A stretch of DNA of 64,000 nt from Phoronis australis (lineage: Eukaryota > Animalia > Phoronida), in the NCBI GenBank assembly GCA_002633005.1, contig NMRA01000142.1, positions 540,860 to 604,859 of the forward strand, written 5' to 3'. Below are positions 11,501 through 24,624 of this stretch, piece after piece. The notes under the pieces are model-generated. The model was given only the letters and a program-made list of their open reading frames with translations, made no database searches and was not told the origin of the DNA. The position numbers and the translations under genes were made by a program. Position 1 is the stretch's first letter. Every line of letters begins with the position of its first letter.

Positions 11501-14500
11501 TATCCAAAAAGGCGCAACAAAGGAAAACAATGGTAGGGTCCCATAGGTGATAACCATACATGCGACGCGCTTAAGCCCGTCGTATAGATCTCGCAAGTTA
11601 AACAATACCTTGCGAGGCTTCCATACGACGTCATTTGGCATGAAAACAGTGCCCCTTTACATTACCTACGACAATCTTACACAGTATTCACAGTTACTCA
11701 CATGAACTGCTTCAAGTTCACTCAATCTCATGAAGTGAAAATTTTGTTTTTAAAGAAGCCCCAAGAAACTGTAAGCGGATGTGGCAAGTGGAAATTATAA
11801 AACTAGAAACTCTATTGCAAAAGATACGTGAGGGTCTCTGGCTTTCAACAGAATAAATTCCAGTCATTTTTACTAAATCAAGCAAGTGATTGGATTTTGT
11901 CCGCGTGTGTGCTAGCGCGCGTATGTCCCATCCACTTTCCTTTTACTCATCATTTAAGAACTTAACATTGTCATTATTAAATTTCATACAATAAACTATT
12001 GAAAATGCATCTTTGCGTGTTGCGTCCACAGAAAACTATACCTACCTACGAGCAGCCCGTACGTAAATGAAAGCGCTGTGGTGTCGTCGACAAAACCGCT
12101 GCTGATGAGACCTGTTGCCCATAGCAACGTGCCAACGAACACAACAGGCCTAACTCCAACTTTTTCACTGAGAGCTGCGCTAAAGAAACCTGGAAGACAA
12201 CGGTGAGGTTTAGGTTCTCATCTGCAAAGTGTGCAGATTTGTTTAAATTGCGCCAGTCGTCTTTGTAGGGCAGTCAGAGACATTTGTTGTTAGACCGCTG
12301 TAGCTCAATGCACGAAGTTTCACAAGTTGATCTAACACTAACTTTGTCCATTTTACTTCACTCCATAACTTCGTGAGGCGAATTTTAATGCAAATAGATT
12401 CACAAAGTAGTGCTCTTTCAGTAGCAAATCATATCAATGTTTTCAACATGTTAGCACCATTTAAGGCGGCAAACTAACGTTTCCTCAGAGAAACTAACTT
12501 TTGATTTAGACCAATTGTCGCAATGAAAACGATCTCAATTTTTTAACTCAAATTTGAGATGGTTTGCGGGTTGAAAAAAGTTACAGGTCTTTACTGCTCG
12601 AGACCACGGTCAGAGCATAAAATAACCGCCGTAATAAGCCGACTGTCAGCGCCCGGTCTATATCAAGGTATTGGCAGTCCTTTCCAGACGCAGAATTCAC
12701 CTATTATGGGCGGCGCACCATAGGGGGCTGGGGGGGCTATAGCCCCCCGCTTTTTTCAGTGCTACGCCGCCCATGCCTATACTTCAGTAAAAGAACACTT
12801 TGAGATAAATTTGACTGCGAGTGGCCAAATTGAAAAGTTAGATTTTGTGACGGAAGCGAGTTCATAACCGCTTTTTTCAGTGCTACGCCGTACGTGGTCT
12901 ATAGACGGTGCACCACAGGGGGGCTGAGAGGGCTTTAGCCCCCCGCTTTTTTCAGTGCTGCGCCGCCCATGCCTATACTTAGTAAAAGAACACTTTGAGA
13001 TAAATTTGACTGTGAGTGGCCAAATTGAAAAGTTAGATTTTGTGACGGAAAGCGAGTTCATAACCGCTTTATTACAAAATCAAAATACCGCCACAATTGA
13101 ATTTCGATTGAACACAAATGCACACTGGCTGTATGAAATTTTCTTATTTATCGCAGAGATGTCTTTCGAATCTGAAATGATGAGAGGCAATTCTTTGTTC
13201 TTCACTAATGGAAACAAAGAAAATAGTATCCTTAACAGCTGACAATTTTGTAGTCACTCATACTGACCCACGGATGCATTGTACACCGGGATAGTCAGTG
13301 GTCGGGGATCTAGAGGGTGAACGATTTTTTCCAGTTGGGAAGTGGTCTAGGAAATGCCGGGAAAGGTTGAATAAGATTTTGGAAAGCTGGGTATCATTTG
13401 GTAGAAACGATTCATGGCAGCGCCTCTAAATTCCGACAAAGGTCCCCTAAACCCCAGCCCTGATAGATCTACGTTTTCAGTAAGGGTGGGTTTAGGATTC
13501 GAGCGAATCCGAGGCGCCTAGTGCCGAGGGGAAGGAAGGTCGGGAGATTTTTTTGTAGTTTTTGGTAGTTAATTTCGTTTTTCTGGCGAATTTTTTTCAA
13601 TTTTTATTTTTGATCCTGACCCGAGGGGGGATTGAACCCCCTGAACCCCCCTCTGTAGATTCTTCTCTGTCTGTGCCACCAAACACCAACCCCATAGTAC
13701 AAAATGTCATGCCTGCGCCCCAGAACAGCACACGCGCGCCAAAATTACTCCGCACGACTCCATGCGGGTGGTCCAGATCCCCCCCCCGAATTCACAGTTA
13801 CGGTCTGGAGTTTGGATCCTGAGTCTGAAGTTTTGTCACCGGGTATGGAGTATTTTTGGCGTTCGTGTGGAGTTTTGGGGTACAAGTAATGACATGGGTT
13901 GTTTTTGCTAGTTCGGGCTGGGATTCACGGGTTCGAAGGCAAATTTAGAGAAGCTAGTGGCCATGTAATCGTTTCTACTCAAGAGTATGAGACTACAAAG
14001 ACGCCAAAAAGATAATCTTCTGACAATGACCAACAGAGTAGAAAAGCTCAGGCGGAAGTCTATACATTTTCAAGTTTTGAACCCCCCCCTGCTGGCTTGG
14101 AGTTGATTGGTGACTTCCTGTGAAAAACAAGTGTTCAGACTTACACGACACTAATTCTCCGAAACAGATTAAACCGGGAAGGAAACTAATCGTGCCGACT
14201 GTCGCGTTGTACTTGTCCATAAATCTCACGAACAGTATACTGGTGGCTCTCAAGGTCATCACAGCCAACATCACGTGACCAAAACAAGCTGGAATAGAAA
14301 AGAACATTATTACCATGGTACCACATTAAAATTGCGAATATGAGCACACGTCGTTCTTCTAGGAATGTTGTGACTATACACTTGAGGATGACCGGAGACA
14401 TGACTCACCAAAACGCTCTGCCAGTGTTTCTAAGCTTGAGGTTGGTGTAAATAGACCAACAAAATTTAGAAACGATTCTAAAGCAATTTAATAACCCCGT

Positions 14501-17500
14501 GTTACGAATACTGCAGGCAAAGCCTTAAAATTGTATTATGATTAAAACTAGGGCATTTCCTATCTTGTTTTGGATATAATTGTTCATGGAATTAAAGCCC
14601 TTTTGGGACGGTAACACTCAATTAGACCATATAAAAGGAATACTTTGGCGACACTGATTAAGTCATCAATTGCCAAATCGTCAATGCCCTCAGGTGTGAA
14701 CATCATCCGCATACGTCATAACTATCCTACATTCGGCGGCAGATATATACTTCTACTTCGGTTTTCGGCTAATGTTCAAAACTACAACTGATAAGTAGCA
14801 TGAATAAAAACACCAAAAAGTTGACTAGAATTCCACGAATTTTATCTCAGACAATGCTCGAGCAGTTGTTAGGAGCCTTTCATCCTTCGATTTTTATGTG
14901 AATGTGTTTTTCTTTCGCTTTTCTTTTCACAAAATTTTGCGGGGCCAATGACTGTTAACCATACTGTTGAATCACGTGACCTCGAGACACCACATGACTC
15001 GCAATGTCATCTTGCCTGGCATAAATGTGCGTAATTTTCGATTTCAGGCATACCAACAAAAAACAGAACTCTGGTTAGTAGTTATAAGCCTAATTTCTAG
15101 GTATCGGGGTTTCAAAGGGGGTTAGGCTATTTACTGGCTATTCAAGAGAACGTTATATTTGTGTTCGGCAGAGATCGTAAGATTTTTTTCCGCTTAGTTT
15201 TGAGGCTCAGACAGAAAGTCATTCGGTTACTTAGTTAAATACTGAAAACATTAAAAGCTTCATAAAATCAATCAATCAAAAGTAAGCATAAAAGTAAAAA
15301 CTATTTTTGGAAGATGAGAGGAGAAAGTAACCCCTCTTTGTCTAGTAAGACCGAGGCCTAGCAAGCAAGACATTGCTGGAATTATTCAACTCCTCTCACA
15401 CGGCAATCCTAGCGCTCGATTTCGTTCCCAAACGTTCATTCTAGAGATGACGTCACTCGATCTACCAGCAGACTTCATCTGTTCGCTTCTTCTCGGCTTT
15501 TTGCGCCAACTTTAATTAGCGCCACCACCAGCGACCTCGGCCAATGTTGTCCGCTGCACATCAAAAACCTGATGTTTGCGCGGATACCAGAAAATTGGGC
15601 AGAAGCCAAACGAATTTGTTGTTTTCCAGTTTTGGACAAAGCTGTAGTTCAAGAAGGATATCCTACCCACCAATAACCCTCCAAACATTCTTTTTTCGAC
15701 CCTGAAACCAACTGTGTCGGCATAAGGACAAGAAATGGTTTCACGAGTTTAATGAGGGGTCATGACCTTGGGTCGAGATAGGTCGGAAAACAAGAAATTT
15801 CCAGTTCATTTATCAAGACACGATAAGCTTTGGCGTAGTTAATAATGCAAAACAAGATCAGTTGAAATTAAGATTTTGATAAAGCCCGTTATTGTATACA
15901 CAGCAACGGATGTGTTACAGACCACTGTAAGTGACCAATAACAGGTTAAGTAGGAGTGAGTGTGTAGACCGGTGTTACCGATACGTCTTTTCAAGCCAAA
16001 ATGACGCGAGCAGAGTATTAAATATAGATTCCCAACAGGCCAAATGAGGTTATGACCAAGAAACCTCAGATGCTCCGGTTGTTGACGACCCAGATTATGC
16101 GAATCGCTTACAAAACAAGTGGCGCTGTCTGTCTATATTGACGAGCGATATGAGCGAAAAAAGCGGATTAAATAAAAAGTTCCACCGAGGACTGGCAGGC
16201 AACAATTCGAGCAACTCTCATGCAGCAATTTTTTCCGTTAAGGTAAATCAATGCGCACGTGTCCTGGCGACGGGGTTATTGCAGGTGACAGTTCATTACT
16301 AGGATTATAAATACAACACGCCCACGTGGTTGGTTTCTCGGTCAGATTTTTTATGGGGTCAAAATGCCACGAGATTGTTAAACAATATCCAAGTGCATGT
16401 TGATATACCTCGCTGGTTCCCTGCGTGCCGCTAGATGCAGGGAACCAGCGAGGTTGATATACTTGAAGCCGCATTTCGCCTGTTTTCGCTGGGTGCAAAA
16501 CGAAAATCGAAGTCGGCCTTTTGCTCTCCTATACCACGTGACAGGGCTCTATGTCCAGTCACCATCAAGAACATCGAAAAATCGCCGGCATAGTTTACAA
16601 GGATTGCCGGACACTAAACATGCAAATTTAAAAATGGCGCATGTTCGCACTACCTGTAACTTGAGTTGGTGACGCAAATGTACCATTTAAGCAATATCGT
16701 GAGCTTGATTTCATGAGAGTAAAAGTCCCAATTCACTTGTCGTTTTTAGCAAGATAAACAGGACGAAACGCAGCTTTAAAGCCGCTATGAACCATGTCTT
16801 GCGGTCAATAGCATTTCCTTTTCCAAAGCAATGTCATAACATACTCATCCTTATTGTTCGAAATGAAGTTCTGTCTATGAAACGCCTGGAATAGCCCCGA
16901 GGGACAGCCCTACAAACTCCACTGGTCAAAGTAACCTCACCTCATAAGCAACGAGCCTCGTCGGAAGCAATAAGAAGCTAGAAATCATTTCCAACCTGAG
17001 AAATTAAGATGCGACTGATTTTATCAAGAAGTTGCCAGAGTCTACAATTGTTTGACTGGCGCGGATTAATTGTATCCGGCTTTAACATCAAGCGGATAAC
17101 CCAACTCTGTCCACTTTTGATTTAGACAATTTACCAGTGCAATAAAATTGTTCCTTATTCAGACGAACCGGAAGTCATTTCTGAATTGGCAAGGAACTGA
17201 AAGTTCTTTATTTTTGTCGAGACGTGCACATGCGCGACGCATAGATTGACACACGCCGGCTGTGACTAGCCAATTTATATGGAATCTGGTCTCAAGTAAT
17301 GGCGAAATGTCAGCTTTTAGAAGTTTAGAAATCATCAAATTCAATAAGGAACAATTTGAGGCCAATTTCATCGGGTAGGTCAAAATCAAAAGTTAGTTTT
17401 GCTTGAGGTAAAAGAGAATAGTTAGTTCCGGTCTCTACCCCGACTCCATTAGAGAGAGGGGCACTCACGTCTCATCGACTAGAAAATCGTCCGTCCGCAT

Positions 17501-18936
17501 CACTTTCAGCCAAGGTGTCGTGTTCTTTTCGAAAGGTGGACAACGACATGTTAGAAACGGTAAGCAAGGGCGAAACGCCATGATTTGCGATGAGTAAAAT
17601 GAAAACAAATCGCGCATCATGCTCGTCTCAGGTGGATTTTCTTTTACCACCGACTCCATTTTCATAAAAAACAGACAACTGTATGTTTATGGCTTTTTGA
17701 AATAGAACCAAACCAGCAATTAAGCAACGCATTGGTATAAGTAATGAACGGATTCGGGAGCCACCTGTTGGCTCAAGTCACTGAAACACAGCTTGACATA
17801 ATGCGGGTGAATTGTTCCGAGAAAGAACACATGTGAGTTCCCCTTTGAATTGTTCACGGAGGCAAAAGGTTGACATGCGTGACTCAGAAGTGTTTTAGTG
17901 TCGGCAAATTATTGCACAGTCTAAATTTGCCTTGATTTCATGGTGCACACTAGCAAAAAAACGCACTCCATTTCCAGTGTGCTCATGCGTAAACCGAGAA
18001 TGGGATAAGGCTGTATAACTTTATCTCCAAGGTAAACAAACAACTCCCACATGGATTCAGGGAATTGTTCCATTTGTTCATAATCACTTTAGTGTTATCG
18101 CGTGCCAGTGATACCGTATAATCCCCGGGCTTACAAGCAAGTGGCGTACTGGCGTAATTAGCTCCCATAGCACAATTAGCGAACACATATATTATTCTTT
18201 CCGAATTCAAAGCGCGTGAAAAAAGGTTGCTGAAAAGCCCCTAGAGGCCTGAAAGACTGAGAGCGATGGATTATGCTTACAGTGAACGGGGAAAAGAAGA
18301 AAAACATGAATGGCGGCCTATTTTCAATATGCTGCAGACCTTAATGATAGCTGGCATTGTGTTATGTCACATACATACATACACCAGCTACCGTGGAAAT
18401 TTTCATAGGAGTGTTATTTGCCCGGTAAAATGAATTACCCAAGTCCGTCGTGGCACACTCAGTGAAAACAGAACTAAATGTCACGCAGTAAACTGGCCAG
18501 TTATTTTGAACACGACTATAATTTAAAAACAAATCCCGTCGAAGCCAACATATCCAGCCTAATACTCCACATATACTACGCTAAAACGACATAATTATAA
18601 ATATGTATATCAGCGTTCCGTTTGCACGGCCTGGACATGAGCCAGTCCCCTGATATCGCCCTGAAGATACACAGACAGTATTGCTTGCAAACCAGGAAGA
18701 TTTGCCAGAAGAATGACGAATAGATCATCATACACTTCGCATTTGACCGATTGCAGACAATAAGACACGAGGAGTCCAAAACATCTGAGATCACGGGAAC
18801 ACAAGACAAAAAACTAACTAAAAGCCAAACGGGTCAAAACTGCCACAGCACCGACCTACTTACCAATCACAATAACCCAGCCCCATCCTCTGTCAATAGG
18901 CAAACGTTTTCTGTTGTTTCTACAACCGTCGGTCAT
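8544..18936 (-). CDS. Monocarboxylate transporter, SLC16/MCT family (MFS)
   Basis: Five phase-1-joined exons: 18936..18864 (MTDG...PIDRGWGWVIVI, the MCT DGGWGW signature), 14288..14145, 12189..12046 (...KVGVRPVVFVG...TYGLLVG), 11144..9915 (GIGMG...YFDERRTLAFAIAGTGSG, large central loop, ...GPIISG), 8680..8544 (GYIRDRTGSWDW...TGA). All junctions are GT..AG. Paralog not assignable. Confidence 0.93.
8710..9425. repeat. Interspersed repeat remnant with internal ~140-bp diverged duplication (possibly Helitron/HINE-like)
   Basis: Blocks ~8715-8860 and ~9160-9306 share cgtcc.aaaatgg...ctatttgccaa.tttcatgaaaat...gaactcc...caaacgta...aagggg; a cggacg-type tail lies at ~9403-9425. Located in the last SLC16 intron. 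Confidence 0.45.
12706..13069. repeat. Tandem duplication (~190-bp period) containing a GC-rich short element
   Basis: Near-identical blocks gggggctg..agccccccgcttttttcagtgct.cgccgcccatgcctatactt...gcgagttcataaccgcttt at ~12722-12873 and ~12918-13069. Confidence 0.85.
16407..16454. repeat. 48-bp perfect palindromic mini-element
   Basis: ACCTCGCTGGTTCCCTGC - 12 nt - GCAGGGAACCAGCGAGGT, flanked on both sides by TGATAT (16401-16406, 16455-16460). Confidence 0.75.
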
Positions 18937-20531
18937 GGCTGCGCGTAAAACTTGGGTCTCTTGCGATATCAACTACATGCTATCTGTAACAACCCTGTAT
19001 CGGAGGGCTGTCGGATTAATACTGAGAGGACGCATCACTTCGACGACCTAGAATTTCCAATCACGAGTCGCTCATCGCGACTAAAGCGTCTCCTGTCGAC
19101 GTATCATCTCTGCTGATCAGTCAACAACTTGTCGTGATATTGTTCAAAAGAACTGCCAATGCTCCAGGGCCTTGGCCACAATTTTGAGTTCTTTGTTCAC
19201 CTATAGAGTCCAAACAAGAAGTAGGAATTTGCCATGACTTTGATGTCTAAGAAATTAATTGTCATGCGCTGTTTTTATAAAACATACAGACGATCGCTTT
19301 CTGCACAAACAGTCGGACAACATTACAAATATTATTAGACTTATTCATAACATCCCCAAAAACAACTAAACGAAAAAGAGCGCATCTATGAATTACTGTA
19401 GGACCCACATACAAGGTGGTAAAAGTAATTACATGCGTTCCATACTTTTAGACTGGAACCCGAGATGGCGGGGAATTCCTATGGGACGTGAAGCTAAAAT
19501 AGGGAATTTTTCAGGACCTGTTTCCTTAAAAAGAGTACATTTGTCAACAAAATTCTCCAGTGAAAGGGTGCCTTTCCCGACTTTAAAGTTAATACCATGC
19601 AGTAAAATACTACCTACTATAAAAATGTACTGATTTTTGACAACATGTGTCTCTTCTTTTGTTTCAAGAATTCCAACAAAAGGTGGCGTTTCTGGAACAA
19701 AATTCTGACGAAGGGTAAAGAACTTTTTCATGAAAGCTCTCTATAAATGGCTTTCCTTTTTCAAACCCACACTCTAAATGAGGGGTATCCTTCTTTTCCA
19801 GTCGCACCGCGTCAAAATGTGGTCGAGTAGCGGCTACCGGGGGTTTGATTCATGTCTATTTATATAATGCCCCGCTCTTTTGTAAACACTTTTCTATAGC
19901 GGATAAGCATACTATTTACCCAACTGGTATTATTCGAATTTTGTCCTGCAATACAAAAGGCAACGTTCTCGAATATTTTTTTGTACTTTAAAGACTGTTG
20001 TCAAAACACCAATAGTGGGTTCGACGCCAAAGCAATTTAAATCGTGACTGGAAAGAATTGTTGAAGTTGATGGGAGTGAAACGTCTACTTTCTGTTTTAC
20101 GAGTACATATCGTGTAAACTGACGACCGGAAAACGAAATTTTGGGATTATGTTGTTTAATGGGAAAGACTTAATGAAGTTATTCACTACTTTCAGGAATT
20201 TCCCATTATGCTTGAAAATGAGGTGTGGCGTCCAAACTACAATGGTTCTGCATGTTTGGAACACGCGCGCTTTCAACTTTGCAATGTTGAAATTGATGCT
20301 AAAACGAGGCCTTGTGGCCTAAACGACAATGAACAACAACCATTGTTTTGCAGCGCCACCAAGGTGTGCAAGTATTAAATTACCCATGAAATAATAGTCG
20401 TTGTGTTTTTGTGATTTTTTTACTCATTTATTTATAAATCTCCAATTCTCGATGTGGTCTGCCAGATCGACCTGTCGCTGAAAACAAAATCCGTGACTTT
20501 ATCAGTTAAAATACACTGCCAAATACTTCTT

Positions 20532-20602
20532 GGGGTTTGGCTCAGCTAACAGAGCATTTGCCTACAATACGCGGAATTTTCAGGTTCAATTCCGGGCTGG
20601 GC
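20532..20602 (+). pseudogene. Decayed tRNA-like sequence or SINE head
   Basis: A-box-like TGGCTCAGCTAACAGAGC and B-box GGTTCAATTCC at tRNA spacing, but acceptor and anticodon stems pair poorly. Confidence 0.45.
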
Positions 20603-21605
20603 TGATCGTATGAAAAAAATTTTCTCGCCCATGTTTTAACTTAAACAAAAAATTTAACTACAAGTACAATTGCTGCGTACAAACGCGACATTCCCATATC
20701 ATAGATATTGTGAAGCTGGTTTAACACCGGCGTTCTAAGTTTAAAATTATAACAAACATCGAGAACAAAACAGCCCAAAATGAAAAAAAAACTTCTTTAG
20801 TCTTACATAACTTTCTTCGTTTTTAAAAGTCCTTTTTCTTAAGCGCAGTCAAAATAAATTAACCATTTTCTATCGGCTATTTGAAATTGCAGTTTATCAG
20901 AGAAAATGCCCAAAGGAAACTATGGCAGTGTATCTGAAAGACTAGAGGCATCATGACCTCAGTCGCATTTGTTCTTCGCTTGACTTTCGGTAGCCTATTT
21001 AAAAAATATCTCGATTTGAATTCCACCGTTTTTTTAATTCTAAGAAATTTCAAATTCTGGGAATTTACAAAACTTGACAGACTAGTGTACAATGTCACAC
21101 AAGACAGTAACAAGCAAAACGATTATTTTACAGTGAAATTACATCAACCAAATTTTTGAGATACAGATCGGCTAGTGTGTTTTATAAGTACAATAGGGGA
21201 CTGACCATACGGGAGAGCGTTGACAATGACAGTCCACAGTCTGACAATGACAGCCCACTGTCAATGGGCGGCTATCTTGCAATGTGACATAAACGAACCT
21301 TTCTTGGAAATCTGACCCTAGTGCAACACAGTACAAATGAGTACTCAAATACATCGCACAAATGAGCAGATCATATTGCGAAGGTTAGCTCGACATTAGC
21401 CTTAGTTTCACCATCATCTCAGTCACACATCGACCAATAGTTACTCAGCGATGCCAACAAAAAGACGATACAAGTTACTCAACGTAGTGTTCCTTTGTCT
21501 TGAAACAAAACTACACCCAGAATGTCACTGTTATTCTGATGAATTTTGTCTTCACGATTATGGGCTCGCTGTGCAAAACAAGTTTCATAGCAACGCTGTT
21601 GAAAA

Positions 21606-21737
21606 CAGGGGCGGATCCAGGATTTTTAAAAAGGGGCTCCAACTGAGTCAACATTTTGAAAATTCAAGATTTGATATGACTAAAATCAAGGGGGTAAGGG
21701 GGGCTCTAGGCCCCTTGACCCCCTGGATTCGCCTATG
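21606..21737. mobile_element. Short hAT-like MITE
   Basis: Ends caggggcggatccagg ... cctggattcgcctatg are imperfect inverted repeats; internal ggggg/ccccc hairpin typical of these short elements. Confidence 0.6.
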
Positions 21738-23426
21738 TGAAAAGGTGAAAAATAACACGATCGTCCATTACTATCGGAAAAAATCCAGACACTACAATAC
21801 TTTCAAACGAGCCTACTGATCTGATATTGACCGTCCTCACAACTTTTGTGCACAGCATGTCTTCGCTGCACGTGATTGACTTCGCCTGTTCTGCTAGTTA
21901 AAGTGGCCAAGGCATCTGATTGGTCTGTAAGACTGGTGTTACCGAAACCCGATGAAGTCTTAACCGGTTGACCAGGCGGCACCGGCAAAGTGCAGCTACT
22001 GCTTTTAGTTGTACATGAGATAAAATCTAACATAAATAGGTGCCTACCAAACGACAAGGTCAACTTTTTATCGCCATATGAAATATATTGCACTTGAGGG
22101 TTGCATGAAAACGATCAATATTGAATAGCTTTGCATGGGTGAGTGGTGCGTAGAGAGCAATCTGGCTGTTGATTAAAGAAAAGCGTGCGTCGAAGCAGAA
22201 AAACTCACTCGGGTATAGTTTGAGATGAATGTCCCGCCCCATTTGACCATGAAACTTTAGTTATTGGAGTAAACAACAAAAAGAGTCCGACGAGAAAGCC
22301 CCCTCATTCTGAATCATGTGTGATGATCTCTCTGACTTTACAAAATCGCATCCGGACGGCAGGCGCAGACTCTCCGTCGCCTATCGGTCTAGAGTGGTTC
22401 TGCATGGCTGCGACTCATATAGCCTACGCATATTCATTTTCCATTTTGGTTTGCAATCTACGCATGTTAATTACTTGGACTTAAAATGCACTAGTGAGGG
22501 TTTCTTCAGGTGAAGCATGTTCGGTTTCAGTGCTGTAGTGGGGCGTAGGAGCCCGTAGGCGCAGCCAACCACCTTTTGGCACTTGAACGGAGCGCCTAAG
22601 TTATGTTCAGTGCTCAAGGTGATACTGTGGGCGTTGGGCGCCTACTTATCTCTAATTCTACCACTACAGCACTGTTCGGGTTACCACTGGGACAGCCCTC
22701 CACTGTCCGGAATTAGCCTATCTGGAGTGCGTACAGCGAGTGCCAGTCAGACGCCAATGGCGTCGTTTTCCTGGTAAATGTAAAACGAATTCGGAAAAGG
22801 AGGCGCTATTGTTCCTGCGAAAGGGTTCATTGAGAGGTTAGAAAGTCTCCAAGAGACATTTTGCTAAATTCAACTGAAGGAGTTTAAGTCAAGTAAATAG
22901 GAGTTCGAGGTCCAGCCGTTGGTTAAGTATGAAGACCAGCTCGACCGCGCTTCGACAGCCACCAAGATCTGCCAAATAACGTCGAGTAAGTTGGTATTTC
23001 AGGAAATCGCACACAAGCAGGCCTACTCAGAGAAAACGACAACCAAAAACGCAACTTTTTTGATAACGTTACGAGCGAAAAAAACACAAATAGGCTACGC
23101 GTGACAGTACAGCCCTGGTACATAAGGTCATATACAGCCTATCATGTTTCACGGTTAGACTAGGTTTTCGTGTGGACAAGGCCTGAAAAGTCAACGCAGA
23201 TCACGACTGCAAGAAAAAAACAAAATCAACTACAACTTATGCAGAGTTCAAAGCTGAGTTGGACAAAATCATTCGCCCAAATACGCGACCGTCACATAAT
23301 ATGTGGGAGCTGGTGACATCAACGGAAAACGAAAAAATGTATTGTCGCAAAATACACTCACAGTTGAAAACCACTTTACGTAATCAATTATTTACGTAGT
23401 CACAACACGGATTTCACTAATAAACA

Positions 23427-24470
23427 ATGCCATCATGGATCTGCGACATCTTAGAAGTAACATTCTATTTGATAATTTTTCTGTGGCCGCTATACACGAT
23501 AATGGCAGAAGAAGGCTTGATAGCTCCCAACAGTTGTATGCGCGTGCCGCGCCGGCAACAGAGAAACCGTAAAAAGAAATTCGATAGACACCCCGTCTTC
23601 AGTGTGGAAGGTTCCGAGTGTACGTCAGGAGACGCCCAAGAAACTGCAGAGGCAAACCAGACATCAACACCGCAGCAGAATGAAAATACAGAAGAACTAC
23701 AGACATCTGCTAACGCGTCGTTGAAAATTACAGAGCCAACGATGAGAGATACAGAATGCACTGTAGCACAACGTTGCGACAGTGAAAAAAAGGTAAAAGA
23801 TACACCGAATGCAGTGGAAACAGCAGACAAATTTGAAACAAGGGGAAAACCGGATGTGGCCGAAACTCAGTCTGGCGTAGGCCTCACTATGAAACCAAAA
23901 GTAAGAGCCAATGCCGAGACTAATGCACCCACGGCCTACACCAGTCACGAAGATTTGGTAGATGAACCACGCCCATGTAATGTAAATGGCGACGGCGACA
24001 AGTGGGAGTCTGAATTCACTCAATTCAACTGCGGTAGAAGTACGAAAAAGCAAAAGACTTGGAAACCAGTCTTTCCAAAAATATTTGAATCCAGGAAAAT
24101 ACGACATAAAATACTTTCCCCTGGAACGATATCTTTTATAAATTACAGCGCCGATGAAGACGATGAATTTCAGTGGGAAATGTTCGATAATGACAGAAAG
24201 CAAGCTCGGGAACGATTATCTGCGCAACAAATGACGCCATTAAATATTAAACAACTTAATGCGCAAGCCGACGAAATGAACGCCAGGCGACCACTAAGGC
24301 GGCGCTTGTCAAAACAATCTAAAAAAGCCAGACGAACGAACCAATGGCAGACCGAAGGCGTGGCTGAACCAGATCTTAACGTTACGTCAAATACTCTTCT
24401 GTGCGTTGAAAAGACAAGTAAGATTAAGAAATTCAAAAAAATGATCTCAAAGATTTTTCTGTGTCGTTAG
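23427..24470 (+). CDS. Intronless uncharacterised protein, 347 aa (alternative start MAEEG at 23502)
   Basis: 1044-bp uninterrupted ORF with ACAATG start; hydrophobic first 25 aa, acidic/Thr-rich disordered middle, basic amphipathic C-terminus KIKKFKKMISKIFLCR. Confidence 0.7.
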   Translation: MPSWICDILEVTFYLIIFLWPLYTIMAEEGLIAPNSCMRVPRRQQRNRKKKFDRHPVFSVEGSECTSGDAQETAEANQTSTPQQNENTEELQTSANASLKITEPTMRDTECTVAQRCDSEKKVKDTPNAVETADKFETRGKPDVAETQSGVGLTMKPKVRANAETNAPTAYTSHEDLVDEPRPCNVNGDGDKWESEFTQFNCGRSTKKQKTWKPVFPKIFESRKIRHKILSPGTISFINYSADEDDEFQWEMFDNDRKQARERLSAQQMTPLNIKQLNAQADEMNARRPLRRRLSKQSKKARRTNQWQTEGVAEPDLNVTSNTLLCVEKTSKIKKFKKMISKIFLCR

Positions 24471-24624
24471 CTTTGTCACTGAGTGAAAGCAAAGATTCGA
24501 CGATTTTTGTGCACTGCAATAAATTATACAATCATTCTTTTTAACAAGGAATATCTTTAACATTGACACCATTACAGGGGATTGGGTTTCTGCAACTCAT
24601 GTAAGCGGGCACTCGCAGCATAAA

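Noticed and set aside
14186-14401. ATG-initiated ORF as SLC16 start
   Set aside because: Wrong frame; the true first exon with PIDRGWGW is at 18936-18864.
22756-22780. Possible mini first exon ATGGCGTCGTTTTCCTG|GTAAAT upstream of the 347-aa ORF
   Set aside because: No convincing in-phase acceptor found downstream.
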